A stretch of DNA of 64,000 nucleotides from a virus (lineage: Duplodnaviria; Caudoviricetes): the IMG/VR virus record IMGVR_UViG_3300031673_000001. One strand, given 5' to 3'. Below, in pieces: positions 51,710 through 60,483 of this stretch. Position numbers and translations under genes: made by a program. How positions within the stretch are numbered: the first letter of the stretch is position 1; each line of letters starts with the position of its first letter. The notes under the pieces are model-generated. The model saw only the letters and a program-made list of their open reading frames with translations, did no database searches and was not told the origin of the DNA.

Positions 51710-52003
51710 GTGATGAAGCTTTACATAATAATACGTAAAGATTTATCAATTTCACAAAGGGCAGTGCAGGCAGGACATGCTGTAGCGGAGTTTTGTCTGC
51801 GCGGTCCTATCTCGAGTTGGTCTAATGGAACTCTAATCTACTTGGGGGTTAGAAACTTAAATCAACTTGAAAAATTAATGTATCAACTTAATAATGAAAA
51901 TATTAGATATATCGAATTTCGTGAACCTGACTTATATAATCAAGTAACAGCAATAGCAACTGATCAACACTGTGAAATTTTTGAAAGGATAAGATTATTA
52001 TGA
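51710..52003 (+). CDS. Pth2-like peptidyl-tRNA hydrolase
   Basis: KLYIIIRKDL...Q.AVQAGHA, F.EPDL....TAIA. Confidence 0.7.
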   Translation: MMKLYIIIRKDLSISQRAVQAGHAVAEFCLRGPISSWSNGTLIYLGVRNLNQLEKLMYQLNNENIRYIEFREPDLYNQVTAIATDQHCEIFERIRLL

Positions 52004-52286
52004 TTAAACTTGGAGAAAAAAGAATCAATCCTAACAATATAATTAAATATTATCCAGAACTAGAAAACTCTATTAAATTTGAATTAGTTAATGGCAAATC
52101 TGAAAGTATCTTTTTTAGACATCAGCAAGAACGAGATGAAATGTTAAAAATGCTAGATGATTATCTGGTATTTTTTGACAACGGAATACTGAAGGGAATA
52201 CGAGATCAAAATTTGCCATCATTTATTATTAATGATACAGACAAAGGATACGGTCCAGGCGGAATACCAATGCAATAAAATTTAGT

Positions 52287-52364
52287 GGTCCAGTAGCTCC
52301 AGTGGTTAGAGCAGGAAACTCTAAATTTCCGTTTGCGAGGGTTCGAATCCCTCCTGGACCACCA
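52287..52364 (+). tRNA. amber suppressor tRNA (anticodon CUA)
   Basis: GGAAA-CTCTAAA-TTTCC; canonical D and T arms; CCA. Confidence 0.88.
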
Positions 52365-52882
52365 AAGTAAAAGAAAGGATATAGAATGCAAACAATAAAG
52401 TGTATTAGCGATTATTCTATAGAAGCAGAGGGGACAATAAAATTTGGAACAATTTTAACTGAAATGCCTGAATCTGACACGGGATTTGCTCAATATAGAA
52501 ATGAGAAAGGAGAAATATTCTATTTCGATGCTGAAGAAATTATGTTTTCTGATGAATTCTCGCAATCATTTAGATTAATTTCAAATGAATAATCATGTGT
52601 CAGTATCGAAAGGATAACAATGATAACTCAAGTGATTGGAAAAGGAACAACAATATTAGATCAACAAGAATTTGATGAAATTCCAACATTAATTGCTAAT
52701 GAACTTCCAAATGCTGATATGTATCCTACTATATTACAATTTAAAATGATTGGCATGGATGGAAATTGGCTCTTATTTGATATTATTCATGTAAACGGAA
52801 AGGATGAAATTCAACAAGGTATTAATATATTTGCTACCAAAATTCAAGTTGAAACAGATGATTAGAAAGGATAAAAAAAATA

Positions 52883-53074
52883 ATGTCAGCAACTGTTAAA
52901 CAGGATGAATCTAAATTAGTTTTCTGTTCATTCTGTTCTAAAAGCAATCAAATGATATATATTTATTGTGGTGAAACCGCTTCAATTTGTGACGAATGTT
53001 TGAATATAGTAAATCAGATAAAGATTATGCGTGACAAGAATGTTATCAAATTTATTGGAAAAATCCCAGAATGA
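52883..53074 (+). CDS. ClpX-type C4 zinc-finger small protein
   Basis: CSFCSK.......G...ICDECL. Confidence 0.65.
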   Translation: MSATVKQDESKLVFCSFCSKSNQMIYIYCGETASICDECLNIVNQIKIMRDKNVIKFIGKIPE

Positions 53075-53151
53075 TCCTGTAGTCCAAATAGGCATAAGGA
53101 TATGAGACTTTCAATCTCAACACGAGGGTTCGAGTCCCTCCAGGATCACCA
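53073..53151 (+). tRNA. tRNA-Glu(UUC)
   Basis: TGAGA-CTTTCAA-TCTCA, CCA. Confidence 0.9.
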
Positions 53152-53620
53152 ACTTTAAGAAAGGATAAAATCATGCCATTTTTTGTTTTAAGACTTATTC
53201 TTGTTCTTGGATCTATAGTTGGAGGAGTTTTTGGATTTAAAAAATTAACTGAAATTGCTGAAAAAAAATACTTCAATAATGGAAGCTGTAAGAAATGCGG
53301 TGGGCACTTTAAAATAATTGAAGGGGATGTTGGTAATGATCCAAAAGGATACAAATGCGATGTCTGTGATAATTGTGTTTGGATTTCTTATGGTTCAGAT
53401 ATAGGATATAAATACACACCAAGCAAACATTCTCAATAACAATTTGGTTTGTAGTCCAGATCCTGACCAGTGAAGGACGACGTTTCCAAGGGTGAAATTA
53501 ATCGAAACAGGTCGGGTTGGTCCCCTTCAATGTCGTGATAAAGTAACCCAAAAACATACTATACGTATAAGGAAAAATTATATAATGATTAAAATAAAAA
53601 ATCGACAATAGGAGAAAATT

Positions 53621-54994
53621 ATGTTCATCCCCAACAACATAAATCTTCTATATATAGAAGATGATGAGGAAAATGCAAATCTTATTCTGTCATTTTTAAA
53701 ATTATCTGAATATACAAAATTTAATACAACTCATAAAAGTACATTAGAACAAGGTTTAGACTATATTACAGATAACTGTATTTCTACTTGTAATAACACT
53801 TGTAAAACTCAAAATATTGAAAACTGTGGAACAGATGTTATTTTATTAGATCTAGTTTTACAAAATAGTCGAGGAGTTGATACATATAAATCAGTTTTAG
53901 AAAAATGCCCCTGTATTCCAATTGTTATCATATCTGGATATGAACAAATGGCATATGAATGTGTTAAACTAGGAGCTCAAGACTATTTAGTAAAACCCCA
54001 TATTAATCCAGGTTTAATTATCAGATCATTGGTATATGCAATTGAAAGAAATAATCTAGAAAACTCAAAAATACAAGCTGAAAAGAAATTTAGAGAAGTT
54101 ATTTATGCAACTCCAATTGGTTTTCATAATTATGAACTAAAAGAAGAAGATCTAATATTTATAGGTTATAATCCAGCAGCAGATCGAATACTAAAAATTG
54201 ATCATAAACAATTATTAGGAAAAACAATTGATCAAGCATTTCCCTCTCTAACTAAAATGAAAATTCCTGAAAAATATAAAATAGTTGCAAAAACAGGCAA
54301 ACCATGGGAATCACAAATTTTAGAATACGAAGACCATAATATTAAAAAAGCTTATTTTAAAATACATGCATTTAGAACATACCCTGGTTCTATAACCTCT
54401 TCATTTGAGGATATTACAGAGCAAATAATAGCAACAGAAAAACTAGAATATAGTGAAAAAAGATTTAGAAACCTAGTTGAAATAACAGGTGCAGGAATAT
54501 ATGAAATAGATCTCACTAATGGAAAATTTACTTATGTAAATCATGTTATGTGTAAACAAACTGGATATACTAAAGAAGAACTTTTTGAAATTGGACCTTC
54601 TGGACTTTTAACTCAAAAAAGCTATCTTGACTGGGTTGATAGATGGGAAAGATTTACTGATCCAGAATATATTAATGGAGGAGCTTATGATGGTCCATTT
54701 CAATATGAAGCTATTGCAAAAGATGGTTCTCATCTTTGGTCATTAGTTATAGCAGAATTTGTAATGGATAAAAATAAAAATATAACCAAAGCAAATGTTG
54801 TTGCTATTGATATAACGAAACAAAAATTAATAGAATCTCAATTAAAGAAAAAAGAAGATATTATATTCAATCAATTAGAAGATAAAATACATCAATGGAG
54901 GGATGAAATAACCGAAAGATCTTCAGTTGAATTTCAAAAATTAAAAGACATGGACAATAAAATAATATCCATTAGTAATCAAATTGTGGAGTAA
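53621..54994 (+). CDS. response-regulator receiver plus two PAS domains, no output domain
   Basis: YIEDD, ILLD, IISG, GAQDYLVKP; N.AA..IL and YVN..MC..TGYTKEEL PAS signatures. Confidence 0.85.
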   Translation: MFIPNNINLLYIEDDEENANLILSFLKLSEYTKFNTTHKSTLEQGLDYITDNCISTCNNTCKTQNIENCGTDVILLDLVLQNSRGVDTYKSVLEKCPCIPIVIISGYEQMAYECVKLGAQDYLVKPHINPGLIIRSLVYAIERNNLENSKIQAEKKFREVIYATPIGFHNYELKEEDLIFIGYNPAADRILKIDHKQLLGKTIDQAFPSLTKMKIPEKYKIVAKTGKPWESQILEYEDHNIKKAYFKIHAFRTYPGSITSSFEDITEQIIATEKLEYSEKRFRNLVEITGAGIYEIDLTNGKFTYVNHVMCKQTGYTKEELFEIGPSGLLTQKSYLDWVDRWERFTDPEYINGGAYDGPFQYEAIAKDGSHLWSLVIAEFVMDKNKNITKANVVAIDITKQKLIESQLKKKEDIIFNQLEDKIHQWRDEITERSSVEFQKLKDMDNKIISISNQIVE

Positions 54995-54997
54995 CTT

Positions 54998-55525
54998 ATG
55001 CCAGAAAATATAGATCTGATGGTTAAATTATTTGATACTTTAAAGCAATCATCAGATAAAAATGAAGCAACTCTTCAAAAATTAATAGAGCAGCAACGAT
55101 CTCTAATTGGTCATATAGAGTATCTACCGATTAAAGATTTACAGCAAGCTCTAAAAGAACACAATGCTCATTCATCCTCCGAAATTAACTCATGTACAGA
55201 AACTGTTAATACAACAACTAATAACATATTGGATAAAGTAAAGAATATCGAATCTAAAATAGCAAGGATGATTGTAGTTGTCCTTGTTGCATCTAGTGTT
55301 TTAGGACTTGCTTTTCTTGTAGGACGACTATCTCTTGATACAGGATCATTAGAAAAAAAAATTGAAGATAGACAACAGGCAGAACACAAAGAAATAATTG
55401 ATTCTGTTAGAAAATTAGTGCGTCAGGAATTTCAAACTATAGAAGAAAAAATAAATAAATTCCACAATTATGAAAAAAAAGAAAAAATTGAAGATACACA
55501 CAATACAGAAAAAAAATTTAAATAA
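54998..55525 (+). CDS. single-pass membrane coiled-coil protein
   Basis: Central TM helix MIVVVLVASSVLGLAFLV. Confidence 0.65.
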   Translation: MPENIDLMVKLFDTLKQSSDKNEATLQKLIEQQRSLIGHIEYLPIKDLQQALKEHNAHSSSEINSCTETVNTTTNNILDKVKNIESKIARMIVVVLVASSVLGLAFLVGRLSLDTGSLEKKIEDRQQAEHKEIIDSVRKLVRQEFQTIEEKINKFHNYEKKEKIEDTHNTEKKFK

Positions 55526-55581
55526 AAAAAGAATTTAAATTAATATATGAATAATAATCTAACTAAAAGAAGGAGAGAAAA

Positions 55582-55860
55582 ATGAAAAATCTAATGCTAT
55601 ATTTTGAAAATCCATTAACCGTTCTCTATATTTTACTAATTTTTAATTTAGTGGTTGCTGCGATAGTTATACTAGCTTCTAACTTTATAAGAAAAGCAAT
55701 GAAAAATATTATTAAAGTTACCGAAGTACAATTTGATGCAAGCAAGCAGATGGAAAAATCATTTACAACAATGATGGAAGCAATGGTTAAAATGACAGAA
55801 TTAAGAAAACAAATAATTCTTTCTACTGATGATGAAAAAACAAAAAAGATTTCTCAATAA
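55582..55860 (+). CDS. small membrane protein
   Basis: N-terminal TM helix. Confidence 0.6.
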   Translation: MKNLMLYFENPLTVLYILLIFNLVVAAIVILASNFIRKAMKNIIKVTEVQFDASKQMEKSFTTMMEAMVKMTELRKQIILSTDDEKTKKISQ

Positions 55861-55871
55861 AACCAAAATTT

Positions 55872-55945
55872 GGGGTGGGATCTGGTTATGATCAAAGAGG
55901 ACTCCAAACCCTCTTATCAGAGTTCGATTCTCTGTCACCCTGCCA
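55872..55945 (+). tRNA. tRNA-Trp(CCA), compact D arm
   Basis: AGAGGA-CTCCAAA-CCCTCT, G73, CCA. Confidence 0.75.
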
Positions 55946-55976
55946 TTTTATAAAATTTCATAAATAGAACAAATAT

Positions 55977-56480
55977 TTGAAATATATAATCGAGGAGATG
56001 ACTAGAATGAAATCTAAAAGTTTTCTTAAACTAATTTTAATTTTGACATTTTTATTTTTTTCATTAAGCGCATATGCATGGGAGGAAATAGATTACCATT
56101 TGTACTATGGAGATACTTCAAAATTTATAACTGTTGCGTGGGGAGATCCAAGAGTTACAACACCAGAGAATACAATGGATGATTATAATCCTGCAACTGA
56201 TAGCTTTGAAATTTCAATTTTTAACAAAGAAAGAAATATAGAGCAAGTTGTAGCAACTAATATCCCTGGTAATGTATTTGAATATAGTTTCCGTGCACCT
56301 AAAACAGGACATTGGATTCCTAAAATAAGAGTAGTTAGATATGAAATTGTAGATGGGGTAGAAGAAAATACAGTTACAGATTGGTCTGAATCAATTAACC
56401 CAGAAGTAGCAGAGGTCAATGGTCTTCCAAAAGCATGGTGGATATTTGCATGGATAGCACCAGTAGGACCAATTGAATAG
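55977..56480 (+). CDS. secreted beta-rich (Ig/Fn3-like) protein
   Basis: Signal peptide ending AYA; beta-strand pattern. Confidence 0.55.
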   Translation: MKYIIEEMTRMKSKSFLKLILILTFLFFSLSAYAWEEIDYHLYYGDTSKFITVAWGDPRVTTPENTMDDYNPATDSFEISIFNKERNIEQVVATNIPGNVFEYSFRAPKTGHWIPKIRVVRYEIVDGVEENTVTDWSESINPEVAEVNGLPKAWWIFAWIAPVGPIE

Positions 56481-56610
56481 TGTTTAGTAGTACAGAAAAT
56501 CGTGTAATAGAATATCAACAATAAATTTAAAAAATTGAATTCTCTATAAAGAGAATCTCTTATAAAATTCTCTTTATAATATAAAGAGAGTTCGGTAGGA
56601 GGAATTTAAC

Positions 56611-56928
56611 ATGGCAAAATTAGTAGGATTAAAAATTAAATTTCAAGCTTCAGCTTCACCAGATGTTGTAACAAATAAACTGTATTATGTTGAAAGTCCA
56701 GCAGTTGTAGATTATGATTCACCATTTGTAGATGTAGGAAATGTCAAAGATGAGAGCGGTTTTGTAATTGTAGATCTTGCTCAATATCTTTCAGGTTTAG
56801 AAGGTCGATATAATATAGGTGTTGCTGCAGTTGATGATGCTGGTAATGAAGCTGATATGTCTAAGGCAAATGACCTCCCTTTAAATTTCCTGGCGCCAGA
56901 AAGTGTTGGAGCTATCATCGTCCTGTAG
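56611..56928 (+). CDS. Fn3-like small protein
   Basis: G.YNIGVAAVDDAGNEAD motif; GGAGG RBS. Confidence 0.6.
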   Translation: MAKLVGLKIKFQASASPDVVTNKLYYVESPAVVDYDSPFVDVGNVKDESGFVIVDLAQYLSGLEGRYNIGVAAVDDAGNEADMSKANDLPLNFLAPESVGAIIVL

Positions 56929-57045
56929 ACATTTTTTGGTGCCTCATAAGAGAGGCATTAGATGCTCTTGAACTTATGCAACAAGAAGCTGGTAAAAAAG
57001 CAAAAGATCTTGAAGAATAAGTTCTAGCATGTTTTATTCAATGAC

Positions 57046-57124
57046 GCCTGTGTGGTAGTAGGTGGTGAGCTACGCGAGACTGTCGATCTTGAGATAGCGG
57101 GTTCGATTCCCGTCATGGGCGCCA
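57046..57124 (+). tRNA. tRNA-Asp(GUC)
   Basis: CGAGA-CTGTCGA-TCTTG, G73, CCA. Confidence 0.85.
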
Positions 57125-57163
57125 AACAAAATTTTTAGAACAAAAAATTCTATAAAATTAAAT

Positions 57164-57239
57164 GGGGGTGTAGCTCAGTTGGGAGAGCGCTGCTTTTGCA
57201 CGGCAGAGGTCGCAGGTTCGATTCCTGTCACTTCCACCA
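57164..57239 (+). tRNA. tRNA-Ala(UGC)
   Basis: Loop TTTGCAC; G3-U70 identity pair; CCA. Confidence 0.92.
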
Positions 57240-57243
57240 ATAT

Positions 57244-57318
57244 GGGAGTGTAGCTCAATGGTAGAGCAATCAACTTATAATTGATAGAAGTGAGGTTCGA
57301 TTCCTCTCGCTCCTACCA
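57244..57318 (+). tRNA. tRNA-Ile(UAU)
   Basis: ATCAA-CTTATAA-TTGAT, CCA. Confidence 0.88.
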
Positions 57319-58318
57319 ATTTAAACTGTGAAAATGTGAAGGAAGAAAAATTATGATTTTTGGAATTGTAGGTGCAATAGTTATTCTTTATTTGTTATTT
57401 GGTTGTATAATGGCGTGGTATGAAAGTTCTCAAACAGATGACCAATTTAAGTGGCAGTCAGTAATTTTATGGTTACCTAAAATGCTGGGAGTGAAAATTG
57501 GTGACGCAAGAAAATGAATAGGTGAAACTCAATGAGAAATCTTATGCAAGAAAGTCAAACAATTGAAAACCTAAAAATTATGCTAAAAGAACAAGATCTT
57601 GGAATGATCATTAAAAATGATTTCTTTAAAAATACTCTCGAATATCCAAATAAGAAAAATTTCAAGGTCAATAAAGTTTGTGAGCACTGTGGTTCATCAT
57701 ATACAGATAAAGAAGCATTTATTAAATATAAACAATCTAGAGATGAATACCAGGCAGAAGAAAATAGACTATATTATTTATTTAGAGATTCTCTGTTTTT
57801 GAATCACAATATAGAAATAACAGACAAAGGAAAAGTAATGTTTGAGATAGCATGGTCAAGGGGACATTCATCCGGACTATATGATGTATTTTTATGTTTT
57901 GAGGAAATGGTTGAAATATTATAATGGAAATATTAGATTTTGAAGTTGGTTATTATTATTTACATATAAATAGTCAAATAATATGGAAACCTAGAATTGT
58001 AGTTGAATCCGATTTAGACTATTTTAATAGTCCTTTCGTTGTAAAACATTGGAAAGTCGAAAATAATTTTGAGTTTCAAAAAATGAAATCTGAAGCAAAA
58101 GCAATTGATTCAGGAGCGTAAGATGGGTAAGTCCAAAAATGAGCATAATAAAGGTTGGAATCCACCAAATCGTTTTCTAAAAGAAAGTTTGAAAGGAAAA
58201 AGAAGATTAGCAGAAAGAATGTATCTACATAAGTTGAAGGAAGATCCATATTACTATGAAGAAAAAGACATAGAAAAAGATGATGAGTTAGATGATATTG
58301 ATAATTGGGAATAGTTAT

Positions 58319-58395
58319 TCCAGGGTGGCTCAATGGTGAAGCGGGTGACTGTTAATCACTGTCTTATGTGGGTTCGATTCCCACCCCTGGAGCCA
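58319..58395 (+). tRNA. tRNA-Asn(GUU)
   Basis: GGTGA-CTGTTAA-TCACT, G73, CCA. Confidence 0.9.
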
Positions 58396-58948
58396 AAACT
58401 TGTTAAGAGATTGGAGAAGAATGAAAATAATTGAAAAAATTGAAAGTTTATACTATAGAATAGATCGTATGTCTCCATTTCGGAATATTAAATATGGAGT
58501 TCGAAATCTTATCAAATGGTTTCCAGTGATATGGAATGATAGAGATTGGGACTTCTTCTTCATCTGGACTATATTACATAAAAAATTAGAACTAATGGAA
58601 AAAGAAATTAGAGTCAATGGTCATCATAAAAATAATATTAGAGACGCAAATCAAATTAAGTTATGTGTCAATCTTCTCAAAAGATTAATAGATGATCAAT
58701 ACCATGAAAATGTTTTTATACATCACGAAAAGAAATGGGGTAAATCCCATATGAAATGGGAACCAACTGAAGATCCAGAATTACAGTCTCTACATATAAT
58801 AAGAGACAATGTAAATACAGATGAAGAAAAAGAACAAGAAACAAAAGAATTTCAAAGATTAAGTCCAAAAGTTGAGGAGTTAAGACAACAAGACATCAAT
58901 CATTTATTTGACTATATGAAAAAACATATACTTGGTTGGTGGGATTAA

Positions 58949-59022
58949 AGCACCGTAGCTCAAGGGAAGAGCAAGCGACCGATAATCGCTCGACATCAGT
59001 TCAACTCTGTTCGGTGCTACCA
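58949..59022 (+). tRNA. tRNA-Ile(GAU) with C33
   Basis: AGCGA-CCGATAA-TCGCT, CCA. Confidence 0.8.
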
Positions 59023-59028
59023 TTTAAA

Positions 59029-59111
59029 GCGGACGTCGTCCAAGTGGTAGGACACTAGATTTCCAATCTGGCGCTTCGGCATTGCAGGTTCAAATCCTGT
59101 CGTCCGCTCCA
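59029..59111 (+). tRNA. tRNA-Gly(UCC) with 12-nt variable arm
   Basis: CTAGA-TTTCCAA-TCTGG; GC-TTCG-GC arm; U73; CCA. Confidence 0.85.
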
Positions 59112-59448
59112 TTCTAAAGAGGACTACAAATGAAAAAAGATCCTTTAAAAACTTCAAAGATTAAACCAGTAGGTTTAATAAAAATTGGTAAAGATTTAAA
59201 AATACCATTAAAACTAATAAAGAAATCTGATCAAAAAAGGAAAAAATGAAGATTGAAATTGAAATAGGAGATAATCTTAAAGATTTTCTTATATCACAAA
59301 ATTATGATACAAAAGAAGAATTAGAAATTATAATGAAATCATTAGAAAGAATGTTTGAAAATCAAAAAGTTTACACCTGTCAATTATGTGGTGGTGCTCA
59401 TTATGTAGGAGATATATGTCCTTATCAACAAACAGAAAAATTAAATAT

Positions 59449-59524
59449 GCGGGCGTAGCTCAGTGGTAGAGCGTCATTCTCCCCGAATGAAGATCGCAGT
59501 GTTCAAATCCTGTCGTCCGCTCCA
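59449..59524 (+). tRNA. tRNA-Gly(CCC), slightly aberrant
   Basis: TCATT-CTCCCCG-AATGA; extra base in the T stem; CCA. Confidence 0.7.
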
Positions 59525-60096
59525 TTTTTGAAAGGATGGATATATTGATACTTATAAAAAGACCAATGTTTTTTGCTAAAAAAGGTTGGTGGGGTGAACA
59601 TGGTTATATTAGAATATCTTTTTTAAAATACTTATATATAAGAAGAGAATATGTAACAAAAGTAAAATGGTTTAAATGTGGAAAGTAATTGATACAGGAT
59701 TAGACTAAATGCAAATAAAAGTTAAGGATATAATATGGGAAACTTGGGGAGCTATAAGTTACACTATCATTTTTGGAGATAATGAAATTCCATGCTTTGT
59801 TATGCTGCAAGAGATACAAATTGGCGAAAGAAATAATATAGATAAAATCCCTAAAGAAGTTTATAAAATTGCAGAAGATTTTGGTTTTATGATTCAAAAT
59901 AAAATAACAAAAATTATCAAAAAGCAACTTTCTAGATATGAAGATGTTATTATTTCTCCTATTAATGATCAAAAAAAATGTCCTAAAACAATGAATTACA
60001 TTTCTTTTGTTTCCGATGAAGTTAACTGGTTAGTTAATGCTGACTCTCTAAGGTTAGTAGTTTAATATTAGAACAAATAAATACTAGAAAATATAT

Positions 60097-60173
60097 GCCA
60101 CGTGTAGCTCACCGGTAGAGCTCTAGCTTGAAGCGCTGGGTAGCAGGGAGTTCAATTCTCCTCCGTGGCACCA
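60097..60173 (+). tRNA. tRNA-Phe(GAA)
   Basis: CTAGC-TTGAAGC-GCTGG; bulged acceptor stem; CCA. Confidence 0.8.
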
Positions 60174-60181
60174 AAGCTTAT

Positions 60182-60260
60182 GGTGGTCATACTCGAGTAA
60201 GGTCTCAGAGGCAAGGTTGTGGCCCTTGTTACGTGGGTTCAAATCCCACTGATCACCCCA
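60182..60260 (+). tRNA. tRNA-His(GUG)
   Basis: CAAGG-TTGTGGC-CCTTG; G-1:C73; CCA. Confidence 0.9.
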
Positions 60261-60279
60261 TTCTGAAAGGAATTGTGAA

Positions 60280-60483
60280 ATGACTAAACCATATCATTGT
60301 TTATTTTGTGGAAGAGAAAATAAAAAAGTTAAAAAAATGTTCTGTTCAGAAGAAACCAAATGTATTTGTAATGAATGTTTAGATCTTTGTAAAGAGATCG
60401 ATGAAAATGGTGAAAAGAAAATAGTTATTAATCTAAATATACCAACGTTGAAAAGAATTGATCATCCAGACATTGTAGCATGA
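60280..60483 (+). CDS. ClpX-type C4 zinc-finger small protein
   Basis: CLFCGRE...VKKM......CICNECLDLC.EI. Confidence 0.75.
   Translation: MTKPYHCLFCGRENKKVKKMFCSEETKCICNECLDLCKEIDENGEKKIVINLNIPTLKRIDHPDIVA

Noticed and set aside
52287-52364. Pyrrolysine tRNA
   Set aside because: It has canonical D-loop GG, T-loop TTCGA and a 5-bp anticodon stem, unlike tRNA-Pyl; no pyl genes are in the window.
41816-53354. ORFs overlapping tRNAs (41816-42058, 46213-46590, 47897-48124, 52206-52391, 53052-53354 and the 5' parts of 40815 and 47964)
   Set aside because: They are translations of tRNA genes or their antisense strands.
53446-53550. Hammerhead ribozyme
   Set aside because: It contains CTGA and GAAAC but not the CUGANGA core in the required arrangement.
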